NCBI GenBank assembly: GCA_031291955.1
Contig: JARLIA010000009.1
Location: forward strand, 1,772 to 65,771
From: Minisyncoccota bacterium
GTDB taxonomy: Bacteria; Patescibacteriota; Minisyncoccia; Moranbacterales; UBA2206
Direction of reading: 5' to 3'
DNA length: 64,000 nucleotides
The position numbers were made by a program, and so were the translations under genes. Under the pieces are notes generated by a model. The model was given only the letters and a program-made list of their open reading frames with translations. It searched no databases and was not told the origin of the DNA. Below are positions 28,530 through 36,702 of this stretch, in pieces. The first letter of the stretch is position 1. Every line of letters begins with the position of its first letter.

Positions 28530-30404
28530 CTATTTATTGTCTGACTGCGCCAAACTTTGGGAAATTTTATTAAACTCATGACGGAGAAGGACTAATGCTT
28601 CTTTATCCTGCCTCTCTTCAGCCATCTTGAGATCACTAGTCAGACGAATCAGTGTCTGCCGCTTCAGTTCACTTTCAATTTCACGAAGATTTGTTTGAAA
28701 GTCGGCCCGAGGATTATCAATGACAACTTCTTCCAGCTCATTGTTGATGCCCAAGCGATACTTTTTTCGAAAGTATATCTTCTCCGCCCGGTTCTTCATT
28801 TCCGGGTCCGCAACCAACTCCGTCGTCAGACGATCAAAATCAAAACCGACCGATTCTCCTTTTTCGAGCAATAATTTCAGAAGGCTATCTTTAGCGGCAA
28901 AAGTCTCGCCGGAAAGCGAAACCTCCGCCTCCTTCCAAACTTCACACGAAGAAAGTATGAGCGCGATGAGTTCATCCGTCAGCATCTCCAGCTTGGTCTT
29001 CCAAATCTCCGGCTCGATTTTATTCTTATCCGTACCAACTCGCTCTATTCTGCTTTTAAGAGTAGCTCTTTTAAGCATATCCGTCAATGCGGTTTCGCTA
29101 ACCGCAATCTTCTCGGCGATCTTTTTTATCCAATAATTTTTCTCAACGGAATTTTTTATGTCAGAAACGATTTCCATCATCACTTCCGAGAGTTTCCTTT
29201 TGTCTTCCGCTTTGTCTTTGTCATAGCGCGCGAGATTCCTTTCCAAAAAATATTCCACGGCATTTTGCGAGGCCGCCACCGCTTTTTTCAGCTCTTCCGG
29301 TCTTTCGCGCGCCACATCGGCCGCGTCTTTCCCGAACGGAAGACTCACGATTTCCGTTTCAATGTCTTCCGCGGAAGCAATCTTGAGACTCTTTTGAGCG
29401 GCCATCTGTCCCGCCGCATCCATATCAAAAAGCATTTTCATTTTAGGCGCATATCTTTTAGCAAGATGCACCTGTTCGGGCGTGAGGGCCGTCCCGCTAA
29501 CCGCCACCGTATTTTTAAGGCCAGCTTGACTAGCCGCAATCACATCCATATTTCCCTCAACAAAAAGAGTGAACCCTTCCTGTTTGATAGACGCCCTAGC
29601 CTTGTCGAGACCATAAAGCACTCGGCCCTTATGGTAGACTTCCGTTTCAGGAGTGTTGACATACTTAGCCTGCGACTCGTCGCTCCCTGGCGTCACGCGG
29701 GCGGAATAGCCCAAGACTTTGCCGGAATAGTCCGCGATCGGAAACATTATGCGTTCACGAAATCGGTCGTAATATCTGCCAGAATTTTTAATTTTAGATT
29801 CAGAATTCGGGATTTTATTGTCCAGGGGAAATTTGTCATTTGAAATTTGAGTATCCCTCTTTTCCACCAACAACCCGGTTTTTGCAATTTCCTCAACTTT
29901 AAATCCCCGGCTTAATAAAAATGACATTATATTATTCCAGCCTTTCGGCGCGTAGCCCAAGCGAAACTCTTTAATGGTTTCGTCTTCGATTCCGCGCTCG
30001 CGGAGATAATTCAATATTTTTATTTTCCCCGGTCCGCTCCACAATTGATATTCATACCACTTGGTGGCCAGCTCCAAAATCTCGATTGTCCGATTTTTCT
30101 CTTCAGTCTTTTTGGGATTGTAATTTGCTAGCTTCACACCAGCTTTTTCGGCCAGTTGCTTCAAAGTTTCCCGAAAATCCAAGCCTTCCATTTCCTGGAC
30201 AAAGGTGAAAATATCGCCGTGCTTTTGACAACCGAAGCAGTGCCAAAACTGCTTCTCTTCGTTGACCATAAACGACGGACTTTTTTCATTATGAAAAGGA
30301 CAGATCGCCTTCCAATTGGCCCCTGCCTTTTCAAGGCGGATATATTCGCCCAAAACATCCACGATATTCAGTCGGGATTTTATTTCCTCAACTTCATTTC
30401 CCAT
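28530..30404 (-). CDS. dnaG: DNA primase
   Basis: CHC2 zinc finger CPFHNEKSPSFMVNEEKQFWHCFGC, TOPRIM domain (EGNMD...D.D..G). Classic dnaG-rpoD operon order. Confidence 0.95.
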   Translation of the reverse strand: MGNEVEEIKSRLNIVDVLGEYIRLEKAGANWKAICPFHNEKSPSFMVNEEKQFWHCFGCQKHGDIFTFVQEMEGLDFRETLKQLAEKAGVKLANYNPKKTEEKNRTIEILELATKWYEYQLWSGPGKIKILNYLRERGIEDETIKEFRLGYAPKGWNNIMSFLLSRGFKVEEIAKTGLLVEKRDTQISNDKFPLDNKIPNSESKIKNSGRYYDRFRERIMFPIADYSGKVLGYSARVTPGSDESQAKYVNTPETEVYHKGRVLYGLDKARASIKQEGFTLFVEGNMDVIAASQAGLKNTVAVSGTALTPEQVHLAKRYAPKMKMLFDMDAAGQMAAQKSLKIASAEDIETEIVSLPFGKDAADVARERPEELKKAVAASQNAVEYFLERNLARYDKDKAEDKRKLSEVMMEIVSDIKNSVEKNYWIKKIAEKIAVSETALTDMLKRATLKSRIERVGTDKNKIEPEIWKTKLEMLTDELIALILSSCEVWKEAEVSLSGETFAAKDSLLKLLLEKGESVGFDFDRLTTELVADPEMKNRAEKIYFRKKYRLGINNELEEVVIDNPRADFQTNLREIESELKRQTLIRLTSDLKMAEERQDKEALVLLRHEFNKISQSLAQSDNK

Positions 30405-30462
30405 GTTTGTAGCGTACTATAATACGCCCAATATGGCAAAAAATTTCAGTCCCCTCCAGGCT

Positions 30463-30831
30463 TTAGGCGAAAAACCCAATAAAGAGAAAAAGCAGACCCA
30501 TAAGCATAACAACCCAGGTCGAAACCGCAAGATACATCTTCTTTTTGGCAATTGTCTTGCCGAGCTTGATGGTCGAAGAGGGAAAAAGAAGTAGAAAAAA
30601 TCCCTTGAGAAGTGCCAGCCATCCGATGAAAAACAAGACGAGGCTCTGACCGCCAAAAGCCAACAGTAAATAACCGATCACTAGCGCCATAAGTCCCCCA
30701 TAATATATCAGCCCGACATGTTCCGTCACCTCCTCAAAAAATTTTCGAGCCTCTTTCGGGTTAGCCAGCATTCCGAGCCCCAGCGCGAAGAACGTCACTC
30801 CCAGCAACTGAAAAATTTGCGCGATTGTCAT
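30463..30831 (-). CDS. small 4-TM membrane protein, hypothetical
   Basis: 122 aa; the hydrophobic segments are separated by KEARKFFEEVTEH. Confidence 0.45.
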   Translation of the reverse strand: MTIAQIFQLLGVTFFALGLGMLANPKEARKFFEEVTEHVGLIYYGGLMALVIGYLLLAFGGQSLVLFFIGWLALLKGFFLLLFPSSTIKLGKTIAKKKMYLAVSTWVVMLMGLLFLFIGFFA

Positions 30832-31031
30832 GTTTTTGTTTTTAATTTTTAACTGTCTTTATTATACCATAAAAAAACAATCCCAAGTAAAAAAGAGCTT
30901 TCTGCCATCAAATTTTTAAATTAAAAAGGACAGGGGAAATATCATGATGATATTCCCGCCTGTCCCGAATGCGTGAGCTACTAAAAAACTCCTCCATCAA
31001 CTAACTCCCCCCTAATACTTTCTTTTGTTTG

Positions 31032-33482
31032 TTATGGTGATACTACCACCGTGGCGCTTCCATTCGCGCCGATACTGTATGCATTGCTCGGCTTAAGCGT
31101 TACAGTGGCATTTACTGCCGCCACTGTGCCTTTTTTGGGTAGCGGGCAAGGAACTACGCTTACTGTCACTGATGCCGCGTTCGCCGGAATAATTACTTTT
31201 CCGGGCAAGGTTTTATATGCGCTACTGCGGGAGTGGACCAGTGTAACAGTCAGCGGCCGGCTAACATCCAGCGACTGACCATCCACTGATTTCCGGGTAA
31301 AGGTGAATTGCCCGGGAGTCTTTTTGGATCGGGAAGCGGTGGGGATGGAAGCTTCCACCGTTACTGCTGGATCGGCCAGGATAATCACCGTGACCGCGTT
31401 CTTGGCCAATGTGTAGCCCGGGACGGCGCCTATTGTAAAGGCGACCGTTTTATCCGTCGCAAAGGGGACATTTTTTTGGGGGACAACGGTGAATTGCGTC
31501 ACAGCCGTTCCGTGTTTCAGAATAGCCTGTCCTTTGAGAGTGTAATCATGTCCCTTTATGGCTGTTCCATTGGTCGCAAGGGAAATCTTTACATTATTAC
31601 CGCCATTGGACGCACTTGCTGTAATAACAATCCTCGCCGTTCCGTTTTTATATATTTTCGAAGCAGAAGCGGAGACGGTAAGTGTCGGTAAAGGAGGTGT
31701 CGCTTGGCTGGCGATGCAATTAGAAGTTGAGCCTCCATTGCTGCCAACGCATTGCCAGGTAACTTTGCTTCCGGGTCCCGGGAAAACGGGACTGGCGGGA
31801 TTAGCAACTCCAGTGTCACAAAGAGCGCTGGAAAAACTAGATGACCCATACGGATGCACCGTTGCCGCCGGACCGCATGCGCCGTTAATAGGAGGAGGCG
31901 CCGCTTGGCCAGCGCTGCAAGTAGAAGTTGAGCCTCCATTGCTGCCAACGCATTGCCAGGAAGCCGAAAGTCCCGCTCCAGGAAAAGATGGGTTAATAGG
32001 ATTGGCACTTCCGATACTACAGAGAAGTCCGGAAAAACCAGTGGCTCCATATGCGTACATCTTTGCCGCTGATCCACAAATTCCATTAACCGGTGCTGGT
32101 GCGTAGGTACCAGTAATGGATGTTTTGGTTCCACTGCCGATATTCACAGTTTGCGATCCCGGCGTTAAGTAACCAGCGACAGCACTGAACGCAATGGCAT
32201 GTGTTCCCGGCACTATCGAAATAGTCCCGGGTGCTTGCCAGGATCCGCCGTCCACCTGGAATGTTCCGCCGATATTACTCGGCGAGATTGCCACGGCCAG
32301 AGTTCCTTGCACCTGGGTGTATACCTCAGTTGCAGTCGCGAGCTGGCCAAGGGTAACAGTAATTGACCGGCTGACTGGTGTCGTGAATCCGGAAACGGAT
32401 TTATATGTAACCGTATATGTTTTTCCGGATGGTTCCGACACAACATCGCCGCTTTTATTCCAGGTTGTTCCGTTGTCTATTGACCATTGCGCGCCGGCTG
32501 AAACTGCGCTGGCGGGAGAGATGATTGCGGAAACAGCACCATTTCCGATGCCGTATCCGTAGGCAATGGTACCTTCTCCAAAAGTTACGACGCTGGTTAT
32601 CTGGTCGTCGGCAATTTCGAAAAATCCATTCTCGCCCCAATAAGTATTCCAGCTGTTTTTGCACACGAAGCATTTCTTGGCAGATTCGTGTGCGATAATC
32701 AAGATACCGTGAACGCCCTCAAATGTGCTACCGGGCGTGATAGAGTAGACGCCCTCTTTATAGTAGTAGAAATCCGAGTATACATTCATACTCGTCGTCA
32801 ATGGTCCATAAACAGCCAGGGCGTTTTCTATGTCGCTTGCGGTATAGGATGTATTTGTTACCATCCTATACGTGGGGATCTTGTACATCTGGCTGTTCTG
32901 ACATTGGGAGTCAGAGCAAGCTTCGTCCGTGGCCGTGTAAGGGAAGCACGCCGCCAAGGGGAGGCCATTGCTTTCGATGAAATCAGAAGCACTGTTCATC
33001 CCGCCTCCGTTACAAGTTCCAGAGTTGCCACAGGAAAGCAAATACTGCTCAGAGAGAGAAAAGCTGTTTGCGTCCAGTGCCGGATTGTTCAAGAGAAAAT
33101 ATGATTCTGCGGCGGCTGTGGAGGCAAAGTCCCAACAAGACCCGCAACCCCCCTGATTTTTAACTGGCGTTACATAGTTCATACCATTAAAGTTTCGAAA
33201 ATCAATATCGGCGCCGGCGCCAGTGCGGGCCAATGGAGCGGCGATAGATAATGATTTGGCAGTCATGTCTGAGGGTATTTTAAAACCTCCAACGCGCCTC
33301 AATCTTTCCACTTCAGGCAGTTTCGAGATTGAAGTTTCCCCGGCCTTCCACTTAGCGCCGGCTTCCTTGATTCCGAACTGGACGCTTACCAGTTCAGCCT
33401 GCGATGCCGATGCCGGCGAACATAGGAACAGAAAAGAAAAAATCCCTAATAATACTGCCGCAAAAAATGATTTTTTACTCAT
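31032..33482 (-). CDS. secreted papain-family (C1) cysteine peptidase with large C-terminal extension (two tandem 4-Cys modules plus Ig-like/beta-rich domains)
   Basis: Signal peptide; active-site block QGGCGSCWDFAS (papain catalytic Cys), later His/Asn region (HGILIIAH...NSWNTYWGENGF). C-terminal ~450 aa are Thr/Ser/Val-rich beta repeats. Confidence 0.85.
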   Translation of the reverse strand: MSKKSFFAAVLLGIFSFLFLCSPASASQAELVSVQFGIKEAGAKWKAGETSISKLPEVERLRRVGGFKIPSDMTAKSLSIAAPLARTGAGADIDFRNFNGMNYVTPVKNQGGCGSCWDFASTAAAESYFLLNNPALDANSFSLSEQYLLSCGNSGTCNGGGMNSASDFIESNGLPLAACFPYTATDEACSDSQCQNSQMYKIPTYRMVTNTSYTASDIENALAVYGPLTTSMNVYSDFYYYKEGVYSITPGSTFEGVHGILIIAHESAKKCFVCKNSWNTYWGENGFFEIADDQITSVVTFGEGTIAYGYGIGNGAVSAIISPASAVSAGAQWSIDNGTTWNKSGDVVSEPSGKTYTVTYKSVSGFTTPVSRSITVTLGQLATATEVYTQVQGTLAVAISPSNIGGTFQVDGGSWQAPGTISIVPGTHAIAFSAVAGYLTPGSQTVNIGSGTKTSITGTYAPAPVNGICGSAAKMYAYGATGFSGLLCSIGSANPINPSFPGAGLSASWQCVGSNGGSTSTCSAGQAAPPPINGACGPAATVHPYGSSSFSSALCDTGVANPASPVFPGPGSKVTWQCVGSNGGSTSNCIASQATPPLPTLTVSASASKIYKNGTARIVITASASNGGNNVKISLATNGTAIKGHDYTLKGQAILKHGTAVTQFTVVPQKNVPFATDKTVAFTIGAVPGYTLAKNAVTVIILADPAVTVEASIPTASRSKKTPGQFTFTRKSVDGQSLDVSRPLTVTLVHSRSSAYKTLPGKVIIPANAASVTVSVVPCPLPKKGTVAAVNATVTLKPSNAYSIGANGSATVVVSP
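31700..32110. repeat. intragenic tandem duplication (~205-bp unit x2) with a 41-bp identical core
   Basis: agaagttgagcctccattgctgccaacgcattgccagg occurs at about 31728 and about 31933. It encodes the two 4-Cys modules (..NGICGSAAKMY.. and ..NGACGPAATVH..). Both strands show open frames here, a consequence of the repeat's composition. Confidence 0.8.
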
Positions 33483-33633
33483 CGGAAACCCTCCCTCTGT
33501 GACTGCTGTAATGTCAGATAAAATCCAATTTGTCGATATATTTTCGAAGCCCGCGAGCCTCGGTATTTATGTTAAAGTTCTATTTACAAGCTAGCAATAA
33601 GTGTCGGATTAGTCAAATGAATGCATGAAGCAG

Positions 33634-33665
33634 TAAAAAAGAGAACGCTTCCGCGTTCTCTTTTG
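33634..33665. terminator. bidirectional Rho-independent terminator
   Basis: agagaacgc-ttcc-gcgttctct hairpin flanked by A6 and T4. Confidence 0.65.
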
Positions 33666-33687
33666 CCTTCGAGCATTATTTCTAATC

Positions 33688-36285
33688 TTAGGGCGCCACT
33701 TCCTTCCATCCGTTGTTGCTGCAGTTTTTTTCCCCGTTACATGTCTGGCCGATACATCCCGCGTCAGCACAGGTAGATCCAATACAAGTGCTGGCTTTAC
33801 AACTGCAATCAGACGTACAGCCGACAGCAATACTACTAAATGTGGCTGTGACGTTTTTAGTGGATTGAATATTATTCATCTGGCAAATATTTCCACCGGT
33901 TCCACTAGTGCTGTCACAGCCAGACCACGATTTGAATTGAATGGAAGCATTTCCACTGGCGGCGATATCTGTAACGCTTGTGCCTGCAGTTAGGCCTGAT
34001 ACCGAACTGTAGCTACAGCCACTGGCGCAATTTAAACTGGGTTGGCTGGCGGAGGTAATACTCCCACCGGTTTGACCGGACTTATATACATTTAAAGAAT
34101 ATGTACCAGGAGCTGATAGGCTGGCGGAACATTGAGGGCTGTCGGCTCCGCCGTTTGACCCATGGCATGTCCACTTCCATGGACTAGTAAGAGGATCCGG
34201 ACTAGCCGTCATGATCGGGCTTGGACTTTGACACAAATCCGGATCGGCTGGAGCAGATGAAAGTGTCTTTCCGTCGGCACTACCGCAGGCGCCGTCGACG
34301 ACGGTGGATGCAAGATTGGCCCTACAAGAATCAGTTATTCCCCCACCCGAGCCATCACAGGTCCAAGTCCAGGGACCGGTGCCGGTAACGGTACTGGCGG
34401 TTCCGGTGCTGCATAAATTGGTCGGGGTGGAAGCAAGTGTTTTGTTGTTGTCGCTGCCACAGACGCCGGGAACAGCAGGATCGATAACGGTGTAATACAT
34501 AGTGTAACTTCCGCTAAAAGTCCAGAGGTTGTCTTCGTTGCTACTATGCACTTTATAGTTAAAGGTGATGGGATAGGTTCCCGGCGTCTGTGGCACCGTA
34601 AAATTCCCATCATTAGCCCAATAATCCCTATCGGCTATATATTGGTCGTAATAAGTGTAGGTAGTGCCATTAGTAGTTCCTGTCAACATCAATTTGGATG
34701 AATTGTCATCATCATCATCATCACTTCCAACGTTATGCGCCTCTACTACCACATCTATTTTTTCATTGGCGTTATATTGGGGTGCAACATCAAATGTGAC
34801 ATTAAAAATAGGTGTATAGGCCGTATACAACTTCCAGTTTGAGTCTAAACTTTGGTGGACGAAATTCAGATCGATCGTATCCGCTTGCGACCCTTTGACC
34901 CAAAAACCGCTCAAGAAAATAATGACCAGGAACAGCCCGATTCGAGTGATATTTTTCCAGTTTTTCTTATGAGCAATTACGATAAGAAGGATTACTGCCA
35001 AAGTTACTAATAGCACAACAAGGACAAGAAGGGTATTGTTGTGGTTAGAGGTGTTACCGGTGGGTTGAGTTTTGCCGGCGGCGGTTTTAGCGGTTGAGAA
35101 ATCAAGCTTATCCAATACATTACCATTGGCATCTTTGAGCGTTACGGTCACCGCGGGGTTGGGACAGTTGGCAACGACAGGAAATTTGATATCAGCCGAA
35201 TTTGGACCAGTGGCGATGTCAGACAGTTTTTTCTCAAAAGGACTGATGCAAGTTTTCCCGTCCGAAGCAATGGCGATGGAGGCACTGCCGTTGTCTGTAT
35301 AGATACCGGTGCCTTCCATCCCTTCTTTTTCGGGAGCATTAACCGAATTAGTCTGACGAATATCCCAGGAAAAAGAAGCTTGGATGGCATCTCCTTGGGC
35401 ATAAGAATTTTTGTCTATTCTAAAATTTTGGATGACGCCGATGATGCCGGCAATAGCGTACCGGACATCAAGAGTGTTGGAAACCGTTTGTCCTTGCGAA
35501 TCAATAAGGGTAAAAAGCATATCATAGTCCTGAGGGACCACGGCCTTGGGAAGAGTGAAAGTTGCGGTCTTGGAAGTATTGGCCGCCAAGGCGAGGTCAG
35601 CTTGTTTGTTTGTGGAGACTATCTGTCCAAAAAGGCTTTGGGAGTGGGTGACAAAATTCGGAATGACAGTCATATTATGGCCATAGTTGTTTTTAATGTC
35701 GCAAGTGAGGATCAGATTTTCCGAAGGCGCGATAACTGGCGGTGATTGATCGAGCGTATATTTCTGGCCGGTGCCGTCAACCTGGAGAGAACAAGAACTG
35801 GAATCAATGTTGATAAAATTATCGGTCTGGCCGTTACGTTTGATGTTTCCGGCCATATCTTGGCTCATGAGTACGCCCTTGGAATTTTCAACCTTCACCC
35901 AGACATCAAAATTGCCACTGATCCAAGCGGGAATTGTGTAGGTTATTTCTTTATGAATAGTGGAATTGGCAGCCAAAACCAAAGTCTCAGGATAGATTTT
36001 TTGATCGGCCACTATATTCTCACCATTACCAGGCACAACCAGAAAGACGCCGTATTTTAAATCCGGTTGGATTTGCTTGCCGCCAGTCAAGTTGAACGCG
36101 ATTTTCAAATCAGAGCCGCTTTGGGAAATAATCGCGGCACTGTTGATATTGATTGTAGAGATAACCTCGACAACGCCACTGCCGCTGTCAGCCGGTTGAT
36201 TCGGCGGAGATGTCTGCGCCAGAACCGGCGACACAACCCAGAAAGACAAAGCCATTAAGACCGCCAGGAGTTTTATTTTTCTCAT
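33688..36285 (-). CDS. large secreted surface protein: signal peptide, Ig/beta-rich region, internal TM hairpin, two 4-Cys modules, C-terminal InlB-B-repeat-like Cys-rich domain
   Basis: N-terminal MRKIKLLAVLMALSFWVVSPVLA; mid-protein LLVLVVLLVTLAVILLIVIAHKK and IGLFLVIIFLSGFWV; VCGSDNNKTL...LCSTG...WTWTCDGSGGG..SCRA and ACGSADGKTL...LC...WKWTCHGSNGG..QCSA; C-terminus ...GTSVTDIAASGNASIQFKSWSGC...KNVTATF. Confidence 0.7.
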   Translation of the reverse strand: MRKIKLLAVLMALSFWVVSPVLAQTSPPNQPADSGSGVVEVISTININSAAIISQSGSDLKIAFNLTGGKQIQPDLKYGVFLVVPGNGENIVADQKIYPETLVLAANSTIHKEITYTIPAWISGNFDVWVKVENSKGVLMSQDMAGNIKRNGQTDNFINIDSSSCSLQVDGTGQKYTLDQSPPVIAPSENLILTCDIKNNYGHNMTVIPNFVTHSQSLFGQIVSTNKQADLALAANTSKTATFTLPKAVVPQDYDMLFTLIDSQGQTVSNTLDVRYAIAGIIGVIQNFRIDKNSYAQGDAIQASFSWDIRQTNSVNAPEKEGMEGTGIYTDNGSASIAIASDGKTCISPFEKKLSDIATGPNSADIKFPVVANCPNPAVTVTLKDANGNVLDKLDFSTAKTAAGKTQPTGNTSNHNNTLLVLVVLLVTLAVILLIVIAHKKNWKNITRIGLFLVIIFLSGFWVKGSQADTIDLNFVHQSLDSNWKLYTAYTPIFNVTFDVAPQYNANEKIDVVVEAHNVGSDDDDDDNSSKLMLTGTTNGTTYTYYDQYIADRDYWANDGNFTVPQTPGTYPITFNYKVHSSNEDNLWTFSGSYTMYYTVIDPAVPGVCGSDNNKTLASTPTNLCSTGTASTVTGTGPWTWTCDGSGGGITDSCRANLASTVVDGACGSADGKTLSSAPADPDLCQSPSPIMTASPDPLTSPWKWTCHGSNGGADSPQCSASLSAPGTYSLNVYKSGQTGGSITSASQPSLNCASGCSYSSVSGLTAGTSVTDIAASGNASIQFKSWSGCDSTSGTGGNICQMNNIQSTKNVTATFSSIAVGCTSDCSCKASTCIGSTCADAGCIGQTCNGEKNCSNNGWKEVAP

Positions 36286-36465
36286 TTCTTTTTGTTAGTT
36301 TTTTATGTTTGAATTATACAACGAATTTATGTTCTTGTCAGCGGGGAGCAAACAAGTTATCCCCATCATCAACAAAACCACAACAAACAGAATTATTCCC
36401 ATTGATCAATTTATATCATTACTTGCACGGGTATTATAACATAAACTAGAATGTTTCATTTCCCT

Positions 36466-36495
36466 ACAAAAAAATCAAGGCTCGATCAAGCCTTG
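36466..36495 (-). terminator. Rho-independent terminator downstream of tRNA-Ser
   Basis: caaggct-cgatca-agccttg hairpin followed on the minus strand by T8. Confidence 0.65.
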
Positions 36496-36505
36496 AAAAT
36501 TAGTG

Positions 36506-36592
36506 CGGAGGCGGAGAGATTCGAACTCTCGGTGCCGGTTAAGACACACTTGCTTTCCAAGCAAGCGCACTAGACCACTATGCGACGCCTCC
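36506..36592 (-). tRNA. tRNA-Ser (anticodon GGA), long variable arm, CCA not encoded
   Basis: Folded by hand: acceptor GGAGGCG/CGCCTCC, anticodon stem CTTGC/GCAAG with loop TTGGAAA, T-arm GAGAG-TTCGAAT-CTCTC, discriminator G. Confidence 0.85.
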
Positions 36593-36702
36593 AAAATATC
36601 AAATATAAAGCAAGGCCTGGTTAGCCTCGCTTTACATACTATCAGCAAAAGAATATTTTTTCAACCGCTTTCCAGGAAGACGCGATAAATCGCATCTCTA
36701 CC

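Noticed and set aside
31558-32134. Pair of ~180-aa ORFs on both strands over the tandem repeat in the C1 protease gene
   Set aside because: These are by-products of the repeat's GC-rich, stop-poor composition. The minus-strand frame in the peptidase context is the real one.
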